Assembly: GCF_036321535.1 (NCBI RefSeq)
Contig: NC_087459.1
Span: 21,266,001-21,330,000, forward strand
Length of the DNA stretch: 64,000 nucleotides
Direction: 5' to 3'
From: Camelus dromedarius
Taxonomy: Eukaryota
Positions 39,659 through 53,289 of the stretch are shown here, one piece after another (the first letter of the stretch is position 1; each line of letters starts with the position of its first letter). The notes below the pieces were generated by a model, which was not told where the DNA came from, ran no database searches, and saw nothing but the letters and a program-made list of their open reading frames with translations. The translations under genes were made by a program, and so were the position numbers.

Positions 39659-42600
39659 ATGCCGGGCGAACAGCAGACAGAGGAGGAGGAGGAGGAAGAG
39701 ATGCAAGAGGAGATGGTGCTGCTGGTGAAGGGTGAGGAGGATGAGGGTGAGGAGAAGTATGAAGTAGTGAAACTCAAGATCCCTATGGACAACAAGGAGG
39801 TACGTGTCCCGCGTCCTGGGGTCCCATTGCCCCTAACCTGGGGCAGGTCCAGCCTCTCCCTCAGACAGAAGCCATGGATGCCCCTACTTTCCCCGACTCT
39901 CAGACCTAGTATCTCAGGGTTGGCCACCCATCCTTCTGTCCCACTGCCCATGCTGCCATCATACAGATGTCACGCCTATTGTGCCAGGCTCTGTGCTGGG
40001 TGCTGGAGAGTAAACGCTATCCTCAGTTCCCCATGGAGCTTGATGTCTAATGGGGTTAGACTAACAAGTAATCACACAGCTTTCAATCCTGTGTGATGGG
40101 TGCAGGGGGGTGTGGAAACCCAGAGATGGGAACTTACTGCAGACTTAGGGCTGTGAGGGAGGTCAGATGAGGTAACAGCAACAGTTAACAACTGACTCTT
40201 GGTAGTATTTACATATGCGTCAGACACTATTCTAAGCAGTATTTGTTCCACTTTACAGGTAAGGAAACTGAGGCCCAGTAAACTGGACAGTTTGGTGACT
40301 AGCCCAAAGGTTTCAAAGTTAGTGAAGGGATGGCTTATTTGAGACCAGGGATAGTCTGAGCGCTGAAGGGGGTGGCTATTCCAGACAGGAGGAATGGCCC
40401 TTCCTGTGGCTCAGGGGAGTGAGTGGGGCACCGGAAGAAATGGGGGCAGGTGGTTCAGTCATGCTGTGGCATGAATGAGAGTAGGGTGGTTGGCAGGCCA
40501 GGTAGGGCATTTCGGTTTTATCCCGAGGGTGCTGAAGGTTTTGAGAGGAGTTTTAAGGAGATCAAAATATAAGTTAGATTTCCCCATTCGAGACCTAAGT
40601 GCCACTGGGTATATTTTCTACTTCCCCGAACCCTACAGGACTCCCACACCCAGTCGCAGCAGCCCTGAGGCCACCTGGAGGGCTCCTCCTGGGCCAGGTT
40701 TCTGGGCTCAGACTCCCTGATTTCTTCCTGCACAGGGGCCAGTTCCCAGGAAAAGAAAGTTCTGCTGCCCCCTAGTGGGTGTGGTGGGCCCTGGGGGAGG
40801 GGGCTGGCTGCCGTGGCCTCCTATTTCAGTCAAAATAACTACTTAGTTCTGTTTTTCTCAGGCCTCTTTGGCCCATCATCCTAGCTCAGCCTGCCTCTTC
40901 TGGCCCTGTGGATCCCCTGATCTCCAGTTCTGGTCTGTAAGTTAAGAACTCAGACCTCAGAGCTTAGGGTGGACTTTCAACTCCATCAGTTACCAGCTGT
41001 GTGAACTTAGGCAAGCTTAACCTCTTTGTGCCTCAGTTTTCTTGTTTGTAAAAGGGAACTCATAACTGCATCTACTTTTTGGGGCTGGGAGGATTAAAAG
41101 AGTTAGTACATGTGAAGAGTTAGAACTGTGTCTGACACATAATAAACACTAAATAAGTATTTGCTGCTATTATTATGCCTTCTATTCTAAAACTTAGGAC
41201 CTTGGGCTGGGTCATCCTTCTGAAGATTTTTGAACTCATTTTATCAAAGCCTTTCTAGGCTGAATCCTGGGGCTGGGAGTGAACAGGGAAACCAACATGG
41301 AGGCCTAGACAGAAGATTGAGGGCAAATAACCCAAGGCAGTGGGAATGACTTTGACATGGTCCTTGAAAACTTAGTGGGAATTGGGCAAATGGGGAAGGA
41401 GGAAGGGCATTCCAGGATGAGGAAACAGCAAAAGCAAATGCTCAGAGAAGATAAGGCCAAAGAAGTAGGCAGGGCCAGAGAGTGAAAGGATTGAAAGACA
41501 GCAAAGGAATTTGGACAGACTCTGTTAGGTTACGCGGTGCCATCAGAAGTCTCAAATCAGAGAGACATGATCAGATTTTCTATTTAGAAGACTCATTTGC
41601 TGCTATGGGGAGACCAGGGGTAAAGCTGTAGCCTGCTCTAAGGTAGTGGCAGCAGGCTAGAGAAGATGGAAAGAAGGGGATTAATGGGAACCATGATTGG
41701 ACTGGCTGGAGCTAGTGAGCATGGCTAGTCATGAAAGGGCTGTAGGGCTAGACTCTAAATGGTATCACATAGCTGTTAAAATCATTGGTTCAAATCCTAA
41801 CCAGCTTTGCCTTGACCTGCTTTCTTATCTATAAAATGAGATAATGAAAGTAAGATCCTTGAAATCCAGTCTAAGTATCACATGGGTGACTGGATTTGGA
41901 GGAGGGGGCTGGGAGTGAGAGTTACACACACACACATCCCCTGAAGATGTGCCCACAGGGTAGCTCAACAACTTGCTGTGTGGTCTCCCTGAGTCTTGGT
42001 TTCTATGAAATAGTGATCTTGAAAGCTCCTAGTGTTGGCATTCTGTGGCTCTTAGCTGTCACCCAGTCCCATGGCTGCTCATATCCAGAACAGGCCTTAA
42101 TTATGCTGTACCCAGGGGTCAGAGTATTCGCTCACTGCCTATCAAAATCCCAGCTATCTTTAATGAATTTCTCATTTGCATAAAGATTTTCTCAGAGGGC
42201 TCTATGTACATCCAGTTCTGTCTCTCCCTGCTTAAAACTGAACCTTTGAGTGGTTTTCTGTTTCCCTCAGCTCCCACGCCTGGCATTCAAAGCTCTTCAC
42301 CATCTGACCTCATGTCCTGGCTTCATCTCTCATCACTCAGCACCCATCCCATGCCCCCAGCTTCAAACACACCTGACCTTTCTCACCTCTAAGACTGCCC
42401 ACAGGGTCTTTCAGCCTTCTCAGCCTAATACCCTCTTCGAGTTCCCACCTGCTTTCTCCAGGAGTAGCTTGTCTCTCTTCTAGATGAGGTTTATTCATTT
42501 TTNNNNNNNNNNNNNNNNNNNNNNNNNNNNNNNNNNNNNNNNNNNNNNNNNNNNNNNNNNNNNNNNNNNNNNNNNNNNNNNNNNNNNNNNNNNNNNNNNN

Positions 42601-45600
42601 NNNNNNNNNNNNNNNNNNNNNNNNNNNNNNNNNNNNNNNNNNNNNNNNNNNCAGAGGAGGAGATCGTATTTTATATTTTGTACCCAAGAGAAAGGAGATT
42701 CTGGCAGCTATAAGAGTCCAGGGGAGGGAGACAAGCTGTGTAGGTGACCTCAAACTTGTCAGTGAGCTAGAACTGCATCATGGCTGAGAGAAGAGGTGTT
42801 TTGGACAATGAGAGAATTTCCGTTCAAACCCTGGCTGTGCTGACTGATTAACTGTAGGGCCTTGGTAGTCACTTCTAAGTCTTATATCCTTATTTTAAAA
42901 TGAAGCTAATGATACCTAACCCAAAGAGTTGTGAGAATTTAAAAAAAGGACATAGGTGAAAAGCACTTAGCATCATTCCTGGCACACAGTGTGCAATAAA
43001 TGGGAGTGTTATTATTATTAGAAAAGTAATGGCTGAGGAGGAAACTGCGATGTTTGCCCTGGTTTAAAAAAAAAAAAAAACTAAAGCAGAAAGACAAAAC
43101 CACTAACTTTAAATACCTGGATTATCATATTACTGTACTGCATTGTATCCCCATGGTACCCTCTTGTTACAGTGCAAATACCCTTTATTCTCATTTTCAA
43201 ATCTAACAGCAGTAGAATTTAAGTCTGGTATTTGCTGAGCTTCAGTCACATATATATGGCTCACCTGTTGTGCTCTTTCATTCACTGCTCTTCTTCAGAT
43301 AGATTCACATTGTTTTGTTAAATAAATTTACCTTCATCTGAATAACAATATTGATGAAATTCTTGGTTTTGTGATCCATTGTTCTCCTAATACCTGTGAA
43401 AATAATGATTATAGTAAGATAAATGTTTGCCTACATAACCCTTAGAATCCTTTTGCATTCTGTTAAGTGCATACCTCAAGTCGGGAAATTTCTGTCTCAC
43501 CTAGCCTAGCCTTCCTTGGTTCACTGAGGCAGGGGAAGGGAGGAACTTGCCTGGGGTCTTAATGAGCTAGACTCAGCCCCTCTTACCAAGATTCTTCCTT
43601 GCAGAAGGAAGTGGCGCCCCTCCTGGAGCTGGAGATACCAAGGGTACTTGTGTGAAGAATCTCTTTTTCCCCAAGTCAGTGAACACAGCATGAGGAAGTT
43701 CTCAGGCTGGTCAACTCAAAATAAACCCAATAGATGTCAAAACCAGGGCAAGACTGAAAGTGTGACCTTGAATTCAGACTGTGCCAACTCTGCTGTGGGG
43801 AGTTTCTCGATTTAAAGTATCAAGTTATATTTTAACCTTGAATCCCTCCTGGAGAGCGCCAGGCACCTGGAGTCCAGCCTCTGTCATATCTTGGCAAGCA
43901 AGTGCCGGGAAGCAATGTAGCCGACTGCTAAGGGTGAGAATGTTAAAGTGGGTCCTGACTCCGACTGGCTAAGTGAATTTAATCTCTCTGAGCTCAGTTT
44001 TCTCAATTACCAAAAGATAACACCTGATTCAAAGGGGTGGCAGGAAGATTTAATACAATAATGTACATAAAACAGCATTGTCAAAGCTTTACAGTGTAAT
44101 GCTGTTATCACCATTAGCATTATGTACACTGTGTAAATCAGAGTTCCCTTGACTGGTCACTCATTTTCCAAACTGCCTAGTTTTCAAATTTCTGAGTTGG
44201 TTACCAGAAAGCTGCTGTCTTTTTACAATGGATCTTGAAGGCCCATCCTTGCAACTTTAGAAAGAAAAGTTCTTACCACTCCCTAGTTGTCCCTTACTCT
44301 GTCTTAACTTGTTCTCTTGTCTATAAGAGAACAGTGATAATTACTCAGTGGAGATGGAATATGAGGAGAAAGAAGCTAACACTGTCTTGTCCTTAATATG
44401 TGCCCGGTTTTTCACTTGGTCACTAGTCAATATATACCTGATTGCGATTGCTTGGCCCACGTTAGACTCAGCAACTCTAGGATGAGCCTTCTCTTTACTA
44501 AGAAGGAAGCAATGTGCCCTCAATATTCCACTTCACTCTACTGTTAGTACAAACCGTTTTCCCTTCATCTGCTTCTTACAAAGCATTTCTTCTTCTGATT
44601 TTATCTCTAGAGGCCCAGACCTTATGAAACTGGCACATTTTCATATTTTTTCATTTCACGCCTCAGATTAATATTTAGGTTTTACCCTTGCTGCCTTTTT
44701 CACAGCTTTAAAAAATGATAGGTGCTTGCTCTTGAGCCTGGACTTGATCCTGGCCTGGCTTCTAAGACACCATGCTCTCCTGGCTCTCTTACCTCACTGG
44801 CTGCTTCTGCTCAGTCTCCTTGGCTGGCTGCTCCTCATCTTGCTGCCCCAAGTTCTCTCTGCCTATTCCTTGAGTAATCTCATCCAGTCTCATGACTTTA
44901 AAAACCATCTACAGGCTGATGTCTTCCCAGTTAACATCTCCAGCCTGGGCCTCTCTTCTGAGCTCCAGATGTGGTGAGGAAAATTGGAGATAAGATCAGA
45001 AACAGATCAAACCTGGTCCTCCCACCATCCTCATCTCTGTAGACAGCAACTCCACCTTTGCAGTTGCTAATAAGCTCAAAAAATTTGGAGTCATTTCAAC
45101 CCCTTTTTCTTTACATCTCTTAATCTATTATCAAATTTGTGGCTTCAAACTGCAAAATATATCCAGAAGCAGACCACCTTCAGTTTCCACCTATGTCACC
45201 TGGGTCCGAGCCACCATCTTCTCTTGACTGCAGTATAGTAGCCTCCTCACTGGGTTCCTACCCTCTCCCGTCCTTCATTCTGTGGAACTTTTAAAAATAT
45301 GAGTCTGATCTGTTTGTGTCCTTGCTCAAAACCATCTAACATCTCTTCTAATGGTTCCTCATCTCATTCACATTCAAGGCCCTATGCTGAAATATCCCCC
45401 CACCCCAGGACCACTCACCCTCCTGCATTCTGCCCTAGGCACTTCTTGTTATTCCTGGAACAGAAAAACTCCTGCCTCAGGGCCTTGCTGTTCCCGCAGT
45501 AGCTTGCTCTTTTACCTCCTTTAGGTCTTTGCTCTTGTGACACCAGTAAGGTTTCTTAACAACCCTATTTAAATTTGCAGCATCCTCCCAATACAAGCAC

Positions 45601-46728
45601 TCCTGTCCATTCTCACTGAAAGCTGGAATTTTTTTTTTAATTTAATGCTGAATCCCCAATGTCTAGAACAGAGTCTGGCACATTGTACGCGCTCAATAAA
45701 TACTGTATTAATAAAGAACAGCTAGAATGACACTAAGCATTGTGATGTGCGTTAATGGATAATCTCATTTAACGCGCACAACCGTCCTAAGAGGCAGGCA
45801 CCGTGGCATTTCCTACTTTACAAACGGGGACGGAGAGGTTGCAGCTTGCGGAGCCCCACGTTTCTGGCTCCCAGGCCTCTCGGTCAGGGCTGACCTGTCG
45901 CCCCTCTCCCCGCAGGTCCCGAGCGAGGCGCCAGCGCCGTCGGCCGACCCGGCGCGCCCACACGCGTGCCCGGACTGCGGCCGCGCCTTTGCGCGCCGCT
46001 CAACGCTGGCCAAGCACGCACGCACGCACACGGGCGAGCGGCCCTTCGCGTGCACCGAGTGCGGCCGGCGCTTCTCGCAGAAGTCGGCGCTGACCAAACA
46101 CGGCCGCACGCACACAGGCGAGCGGCCCTACGAGTGCCCGGAGNNNNNNNNNNNNNNNNNNNNNNNNNNNNNNNNNNNNNNNNNNNNNNNNNNNNNNNNN
46201 NNNNNNNNNNNNNNNNNNNNNNNNNNNNNNNNNNNNNNNNNNNNNNNNNNNNNNNNNNNNNNNNNNNNNNNNNNNNNNNNNNNNNNNNNNNNNNNNNNNN
46301 NNNNNNNNNNNNNNNNNNNNNNNNNNNNNNNNNNNNNNNNNNNNNNNNNNNNNNNNNNNNNNNNNNNNNNNNNNNNNNNNNNNNNNNNTGCTGACTGCGG
46401 CACGCGCTTCGCGCAGAGCTCGGCGCTAGCCAAGCACCGGCGCGTGCACACAGGCGAGAAGCCGCACCGCTGCGCCGTGTGCGGCCGCCGCTTCGGCCAC
46501 CGCTCCAACCTGGCGGAGCATGCGCGCACGCACACGGGCGAGCGCCCCTACCCGTGCGCCGAGTGCGGCCGCCGCTTCCGGCTCAGCTCGCACTTCATCC
46601 GCCACCGTCGCGCGCACATGCGGCGCCGTCTGTATATCTGCGCGGGCTGCGGCCGGGACTTCAAGCTTCCCCCTGGCGCTACAGCCGCCACTGCCACTGA
46701 ACGCTGCCCAGATTGTGAGGGCAACTGA
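39659..46728 (+). CDS. ZNF771: Zinc finger protein 771, 317 aa
   Basis: Exons 39659-39799 ([47 protein letters not shown]) and 45916-46728 ([25 protein letters not shown]... tandem C2H2 fingers, N-run, ...ERCPDCEGN*). AATAAA at 46959-46964. Confidence 0.95.
44740..45720 (+). mobile_element. L2 remnant in the ZNF771 intron
   Basis: L2-like body ending in tctagaacagagtctggcacattgtacgcgctcaataaata. Confidence 0.6.
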
Positions 46729-47199
46729 GCCGCCGTTCTTGTCGCCGCGGGGTCTGGTTGGGGAGGGACATACTGGGACCCAGGCCTGGGATGCGTTAGC
46801 GTGGACGACTCCTCCTCATCCCGCCACCCGGGACTGGGATCGGGTGGGATGGCAGTCTTGGCTGCCCTGGAACTGGGAGACAGAGAGAATCCCCCGCCGA
46901 GGTTCCTGGAAACCGTGCCCACCTCCCCCTCATTCCATCCCCTCCGTCCGTGTTAGTGAATAAAATATTATATCCTCACCCTACCCGTGCCTGTGAATGA
47001 GGTGAGTGGGGACAGGAGGAAAGTTGAAGGTTTCTTCAGGCTTAGGTTAACTGTCGTGGAGCCAACTAGGGCTATAAGCCCCAAAGGGTTTCTGGAACTG
47101 CGTTTCTGCGTGTGGTGGAGTCATCCCGCACTTGGCCCTTGGCTATGTCCTCAAAACCTCAGATCTGGAAGGGTCCATAAGTTTAGCATATGCGTGATC

Positions 47200-48200
47200 A
47201 ACAAGCACTGTATTCTGCAGAGCTTTGGCGAGCGGCATGAACATCACAGAATTCAGTCTAGTGAAGAAGTAGTCTTCATAGCACTAGAGAAGCTCTTCTC
47301 AGAGGTGATATTTAAGCTGGTCTTAAGAGCATTTTGGGGTTGGGGAAATATGGAGAGCCCCTGAAACTGCATGCCAGACTTGTTAGAGCTTGCAGATGTC
47401 CCCTGGGGTGGAATGTAGGGACAGAAAGCAAGGAGGTTGGCAGGAGAGACCACTAGGGAACTTGGAAGCCAGTTGAAGGTTCCAAGGCCGCAAAGAAGCC
47501 TTGAGAGATTAGAGGGGAGGGGTGGATCTGGCATATTTTTAAGGAGCTAGAATTCAAAGGAGTTAAAGTGGCTGTGGGGATAAGGGAATGGAGGAATGGG
47601 GCTGACTTCATTTCTTAGCTTGGGGGACTGCAGGTAGTGTCCCTGAGATGGCACAGGATGAGGAGCAGGACAGGACTTGAAGTGGCAGCAATTGTTACAC
47701 CCTTATCTGGACATGTTGAGTGAGATTAAATGTGGAGGGGTCAGGGAGGTGATGGGAAATAGCAGCTTGGGGATATTAGGTCTGGAGGGCATGGCACCAC
47801 GTTCAGAAGGGGGTCCTTGAGAACTTGAGTCTGTGAAAGAACAGCCAGCGGTAGAAAGAAAACCAGAAGTGTCTGGGAAATCTAGAGGAAAGTGTTTCAC
47901 GGAGGAAAACAGCTCAGTCAACTGATGCTCTGGTGTCCACTGTGTGTGTATGAATTCGGAGAAAGTGGTGTAGACAGTTTTAGTGGAGGGGTTGGGGTGA
48001 AAGCCAGCTTTGAGTGGATTAGGGTATAAATGGGATAACGAGTAAGCAGAATGGATCAGTGTAGACGACCCTTTTCAAGAAGTTTGGGCATGAAAAGCAT
48101 GAGGGAAGGAGCTGGAGTTCTGCTGGTTTTGTTTGTCAATAGGGAAGAGGCTCACGTGCTGGTGGGAAGGGCTAATGGAAAGAAAGTGATTATATAGAAA
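47200..48200 (-). mobile_element. L2 remnant (ends approximate)
   Basis: Purine-rich antisense L2 signature, e.g. gtagacgacccttttcaagaagtttgggcatgaaa. Confidence 0.5.
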
Positions 48201-48936
48201 GGAGATGAGATAATTGATCAAGGAGACAGGATTAAATAAGAGATCAATAAGATAAGGCTCCTCCTATCACTGGTAGGGAGAGGAAAGGAGGGTTTGGGAA
48301 CATAAAGCTAAAGCAGTTCCAATCTGATGGATCTTTTTTTACCTGGGAAATAAGAGAGGTCACTGGTTAAGAGAGAGTGAGGTCATTAATAAGAGGAATG
48401 AGGCCAGTAACAGGGAAGTGCTTCATTTTACTGATGTGGAAACAGGCTCAGAGGGGAAGCAAAAGTAGTTTAATGGTCTTCCCTGCGTTACCCTACCCTG
48501 TGAAGGAGGCAGGCCATGGGTATCTCAGTAAAGGAGATACGTCTGAGGTCACACAACACTTTTCTTTAGGTGTAGAAGTGGAACAAGAAATTGACCTTGG
48601 GAGGGCAGGAGAGGGGGCAAGGGGCTCAAGCCCCGGAGAGAGGAAGCCCTGTTCTGCTCCAGACCAGGTGGACCTGATCTTGATTTGTGCTGGGAGCCAA
48701 GGGAGAGGGACAGAGGGGTCTCACAGGGCTGGGGTCTTGATGGACAAGGCTGGGGCCTGCCCTAACTGTTGATATTTCCTGCTCTGGCCTCCTGAAAGTT
48801 TTGAGTTGAAAAGCAAACATAAGAACAACTGCACACTTAGGAAATACCTAGTATGTGCCAGGCACTGGCCTAAGCACTCTACTTACAGTAACTCGCTTAA
48901 ATCTGACAGCCCTATCAAGTAGATACCACTCTTTCC

Positions 48937-49128
48937 TTTTCTTTTTTGTTTTTGTTTGAGTAAAGGTAGATTTATTCAGAGAGATACATACTCCATGGAT
49001 AGAGTGCAGGCTGTTACAGAAGGCAAGAGAGAGGCCACGAGGTGTGGGGGTAGGGTGTCTAGTTTAAAGTAAAAGTAGTTACACACTCCATAGACAAGAG
49101 TGCGATCCCTCTCAGAAGGGAGAGCGGC
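48937..49128 (-). mobile_element. Poly(A)-tailed ERV LTR-like fragment inserted in a MIR
   Basis: Minus strand reads ...CACTCTATCCATGGAGTATGTATCTCTCTGAATAAATCTACCTTTACTCAAAC followed by an A-rich tail. Imperfect TSD ccactctttcc (48926-48936) / ccattcttttc (49129-49139). Confidence 0.55.
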
Positions 49129-49645
49129 CCATTCTTTTCATTTTAAATGAGGAAACAGAGACACAGAAAGATGAAGTAATATAATGAACATGAACCACTA
49201 TCAAAGATGGCTCCAGAATCTGGGCTCTTAACCAGCACTACATATGGTCTCCAATCTTGTTTAGAGAAAGGGAAGAGACTTGCATGAGATCAGACAGGGA
49301 CCTTACTGGAAATCAGGTCTCTCTGCTCTGCAGGAGGGAGTTACAACAGAGAATCGTGGGAGCTGGCCTCCCTCAGAGGCCTCCCTGCTGTCCCTCCACA
49401 GCCTGTGCTGAGACAGAGACTCCCCGGCTGCTCCAGGAAGAATCCAGAAGTTGCTAACCAAAACTTGTACTGAGAAAGAAAATAATCAGGAGGTTATCTT
49501 CTGGAAGTTCTTGGGCCTCAGACCTCAAGAAGTGTAGCCCCCAAGCCCATGGTCTGCTAGGAAAGGTCTAGAATGAAGTTCCATGGCCAGGGCACCCTCT
49601 GCTCCTCAGATGCCGTGCTGAGTCAGAGGTTCTGTGCCTACGTCT

Positions 49646-52434
49646 CTAGGTTGGGGCCTGACCTGCGGACTCACAGGCAAGGTCTGCAGGCCTCACAGCC
49701 TGGTCTTCAGAGGTGGCCTCGTGGGGCAAGTCTGTATACTTGCGGGCGGAGCCGCGGGACAGATGTGCTGGGTAGCGTCGCCGGTTGGTGTCCATCTTGG
49801 AGAGCACTGCTTGGGGCAGGTCTACATGGCAGCGGGCTGCTAATGCTACCAGGTAGATGAGGACATCACTAAGCTCCTCTTGAAGGGCTGCTCGTTCCCT
49901 GGGGGACCAGGCTTGGGGGCCAGGCTCCTCATCGGGCTTCCACTGACTGGGGAGAGAACACATAGGCGCACATGCATAGATGGTAGCCAGGACAATGGGT
50001 CCACCTCTCTTAGGTGCACCCTAGTCCTTGCAGCAGTAAACTCCCACCTCCTGGGAAATTCCTCCAAGTACAACTCAACTCATCTGGGCTCTGACTCTTC
50101 ACGGGCCCCAACAGATGACTCACCCAGACCTCTGTGTTCCCAACCTGAGCCAAGTAGCCATGAGAACATACCACTTACTGCGACCCAGTTCTGCTCCCCA
50201 CCCCCTGCCGGAGCCCTAGACTAAACCTCAGACCCGGACCTCTGAGGAAGCCTTCTAACATCCTCATGCCTCTTGCCCTGTGCCATCTTTTAAAAGCACA
50301 AATTACATTTTGTCCCTTCGCTGCTTAAAACTCCCTCAACTGTGCTTGGAATAAAATCCAAACTCCTACCATGCCCTCTAGGTCCTACAAGAATTGACTC
50401 CTGCCTCTTCCAATGTCATTGTCCACCAATCTCCCTTTGACTCCCCACCTAAAGCCACTCTGGCCCTTTCTGTCTTGCAGAGAGGCCAAACTGTCACAGG
50501 GCCTTTGCACTTACTGTTACCTCTGCCTTGAATGCTCTTCCCCCCATCCTTCCCGTGGCTGGCTGCTACTCAGGTCTCAGCTCAGATGTCACGTCCCCAG
50601 AAAAGCCTTCTCCCTCTGTTATTTTCTTTCTCATCACCTTGTGTTATTTTCCACATAGAATTTGTCACCAGTCCATATCTTTTAAAATTGGTTTGATTAT
50701 TTATTGTCAGTTCCCTTGCACTGTGATGTAGGAACTGTGTCTGTCTTGTTCAAGGCCGTATCTCGATCCTAGAAGACCTAGCACACACATGATGCTCCCG
50801 AATCTGTAATGAACGGATGGCTTGCCCTCACAGACATTTGTGCCCTCATTTCTCCACCCAACAGTGACTGCCCAGCTTAGGCCTCACCACCTTTTGCCTG
50901 ATGTACACCAGCCTCCTCACTGGTCTCCCCTGGCTCAATGCTCTTGGTGATCCAATCCACCCTGAAGACATAGTGATATTTCTACCACTCAAATCTGGTT
51001 AGGTCTTCAGTCTAAACTCTATTACTTCCCAATCCTGATTCTGTGTTCCAACCTACTGCTCTCCTCCACAGCTACAGCAGATATATATTGAGTGCCCATT
51101 GTGTGCCAGGCACTTCGGATGGACCAGAGAACAAAACATACACAATCCTTGCCCTTCCTCGAAAAACTTACACTGAAGGAATCTTAAATTCTCCCTTAAT
51201 TTAACTTGCCCCTTCCTACCTCACTACCTTTGCAAATGTAGTTCCCCCTGTCTGAAATGCCATAGGCAGGTCTTCTACAGAATCCTTTCCAACCCAGAGG
51301 CAGAGGTAAAGGAAGGTTCCAACACCTCTCCTTAGACCTGGATCTGCCTTGCTGTTTTCACAATTTTCCCAGGAGCCTGGGCAGCCCTAGCGGGCAGGGA
51401 CCCATTAGCCATCTCTGTATCCCCAGCAACCAGACACAGAACTTGATAGTGAGGAGGGGAAATTGCATCCATGGATATTTGATGGTCAAATAAATCCTCC
51501 CCAACAGACAGACTCTTCCAGGAAGTCTTTCATCTACTCACAAAAGCTCCGCCAGCTCCCCTACTTCCCCCACCAAGGCCAGGAGGAGGTTCCGAGGCTG
51601 ATGGAACTGGTCCCAGTCTCGTTCAGCAGCAAACTCAGCATGGAGGCGGCGGCTAGAAGAGGAGGAAAAGGGTGGAAGTCCAGGTCCCAAGGTTAGGGGG
51701 TAGGGCAGAAGATGCAGAACCCAGGCAGGTACCTCAGTGATATGTAATGGGGACATGGGTAGCAGAGAGGATTCTGCAACTAATTCCTTGGATGGCCTAA
51801 GCAAGTCAGTTGTCTTTAGGGGACTTGGTTTCCTTATCTATAAAATGGGTGCGCCCTTACACAGACCCTAAACTATCGAAATCTAGCAATACCTTCTTTT
51901 CCGTTATTCCACCTCCTGCTGGGGCTTCTGCAGTTTCCTCCACCTAGAATATCCCTATCTCTGCATATCTAAAGCGTATTGATTTTACAGAATGCAGAAC
52001 CAAGACACTTCCCCTAAGAAGCCCTCCTTGATTTCCTCCAGCAGTAAATGTCTCCCACCTCTTAGCACTACATTTGCCCCCATCCTTCGTCTCGTTCCTG
52101 GAGGGCAGAGGCAAGGCAGAAGCAGCATTGGACTCCGGTATTCCCCCGCCTCAGGTGTGCACTGTTAATCCCATTTTGCAGATGAGGAGGTTAGAAGCCT
52201 TGCCCGAGGTCAGGGAGCAGAGCTGAGACCCCAGCACAGCTGCTAGCTTTCTTCCCGACCACGTGGAAGGACCCTCCCCAGTAGGAGGGAGAAAGGGGGC
52301 GATCTCCCCAGCCCAGACGGGGCAAGGACGGCTTACATGTCCTCCAGCGTGGGCTCAGAACTGAAGCTGAAGGGGCCGGCGGAAGCAGTGCCCTCTCCCT
52401 CCGTGTCCCCACGCCTCTCCCCACAAGCTGACAT
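49646..52434 (-). CDS. DCTPP1: dCTP pyrophosphatase 1 (MazG-like), 169 aa
   Basis: Exons (minus): 52434-52337 (MSACGERRGDTEGEGTASAGPFSFSSEPTLED), 51652-51542 (RRLHAEFAAERDWDQFHQPRNLLLALVGEVGELAEL), 49946-49646 (QWKPDEEPG...LQEELSDVLIYLVALAARC...*). Phases 2/2 are consistent. Confidence 0.97.
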
Positions 52435-52489
52435 GCTGCCCACCACACAGCAGTCGGGACTGTCTGGGAGAACCTGGGTCCAAGCTCAG

Positions 52490-52860
52490 AGCCCCCGCCT
52501 CCGGAGCCCCTGACCAATCACAAGCATTCACGATTGCTTCATGGGGGCGGAGCCGAAGGAAAGACCAATTATTTACGTGGAGTTTACTACAGCCTGCCCC
52601 TTACCGGGCCTGGACCAACCTAAGAGAACTTCAGGCCTGCGTTCCTAGGCTCTGGCCCCTGAATTCTTGAGTCTGGACCGAGCGTCTTAAAGGTATATGT
52701 ACCAGATTCTAGCAGGGGAAGAGACAAAAGGGCAGGCAGTGGGCGAAAGAGCGCAGGCGCATCACTTCCCTTTTGGACGCCAGATGGCGCCAAAGCAAAA
52801 TGACTGGGCGGGGAGCCCCGCGGGGAGCCCCGTGGAGAACCCCAGAAACGAAGCGTTTAA
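52490..52860. promoter_or_regulatory. DCTPP1 promoter
   Basis: CCAAT at 52514 and 52565, GC box near 52544, NRF1-like agcgcaggcgca near 52750 and YY1-like agatggcg near 52782. Confidence 0.65.
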
Positions 52861-53289
52861 ACAAGAAAGGGGAATTTACTAAGAGGATAGAGGAATGTCT
52901 CTAGAATACAGCTGGGCCTTAGGAATGACCTAGAACTAAAGTAGCTGTTTCAAGCACTTTACATACTTAATCCTCACACAACTCATTCAGTCCTCACAAC
53001 AACCCTCTGAGGTAATCATCATCCTCACTTTACAGATAAGGAAACTGAGAGATGGAGTAATCTAACTCAATAGCTAGTAAAGTGGTAGCCAGGTTTCAAA
53101 TTCAGGCAGTTTGGCTTCAGAGTCTGTGTTAATCCCTATGTTGTCTCAAATGGTGATAAAGTACTATGAAAAAGATTTTTCAATCTACAATATTTAAATA
53201 CTATGAAAAGTGGGGGCAGCTTTAGACTACATGATCCAGAGAAGATGGGGTAAGTAAGCACTGCTGGTTACCTACTCAACTGCCCTTTC

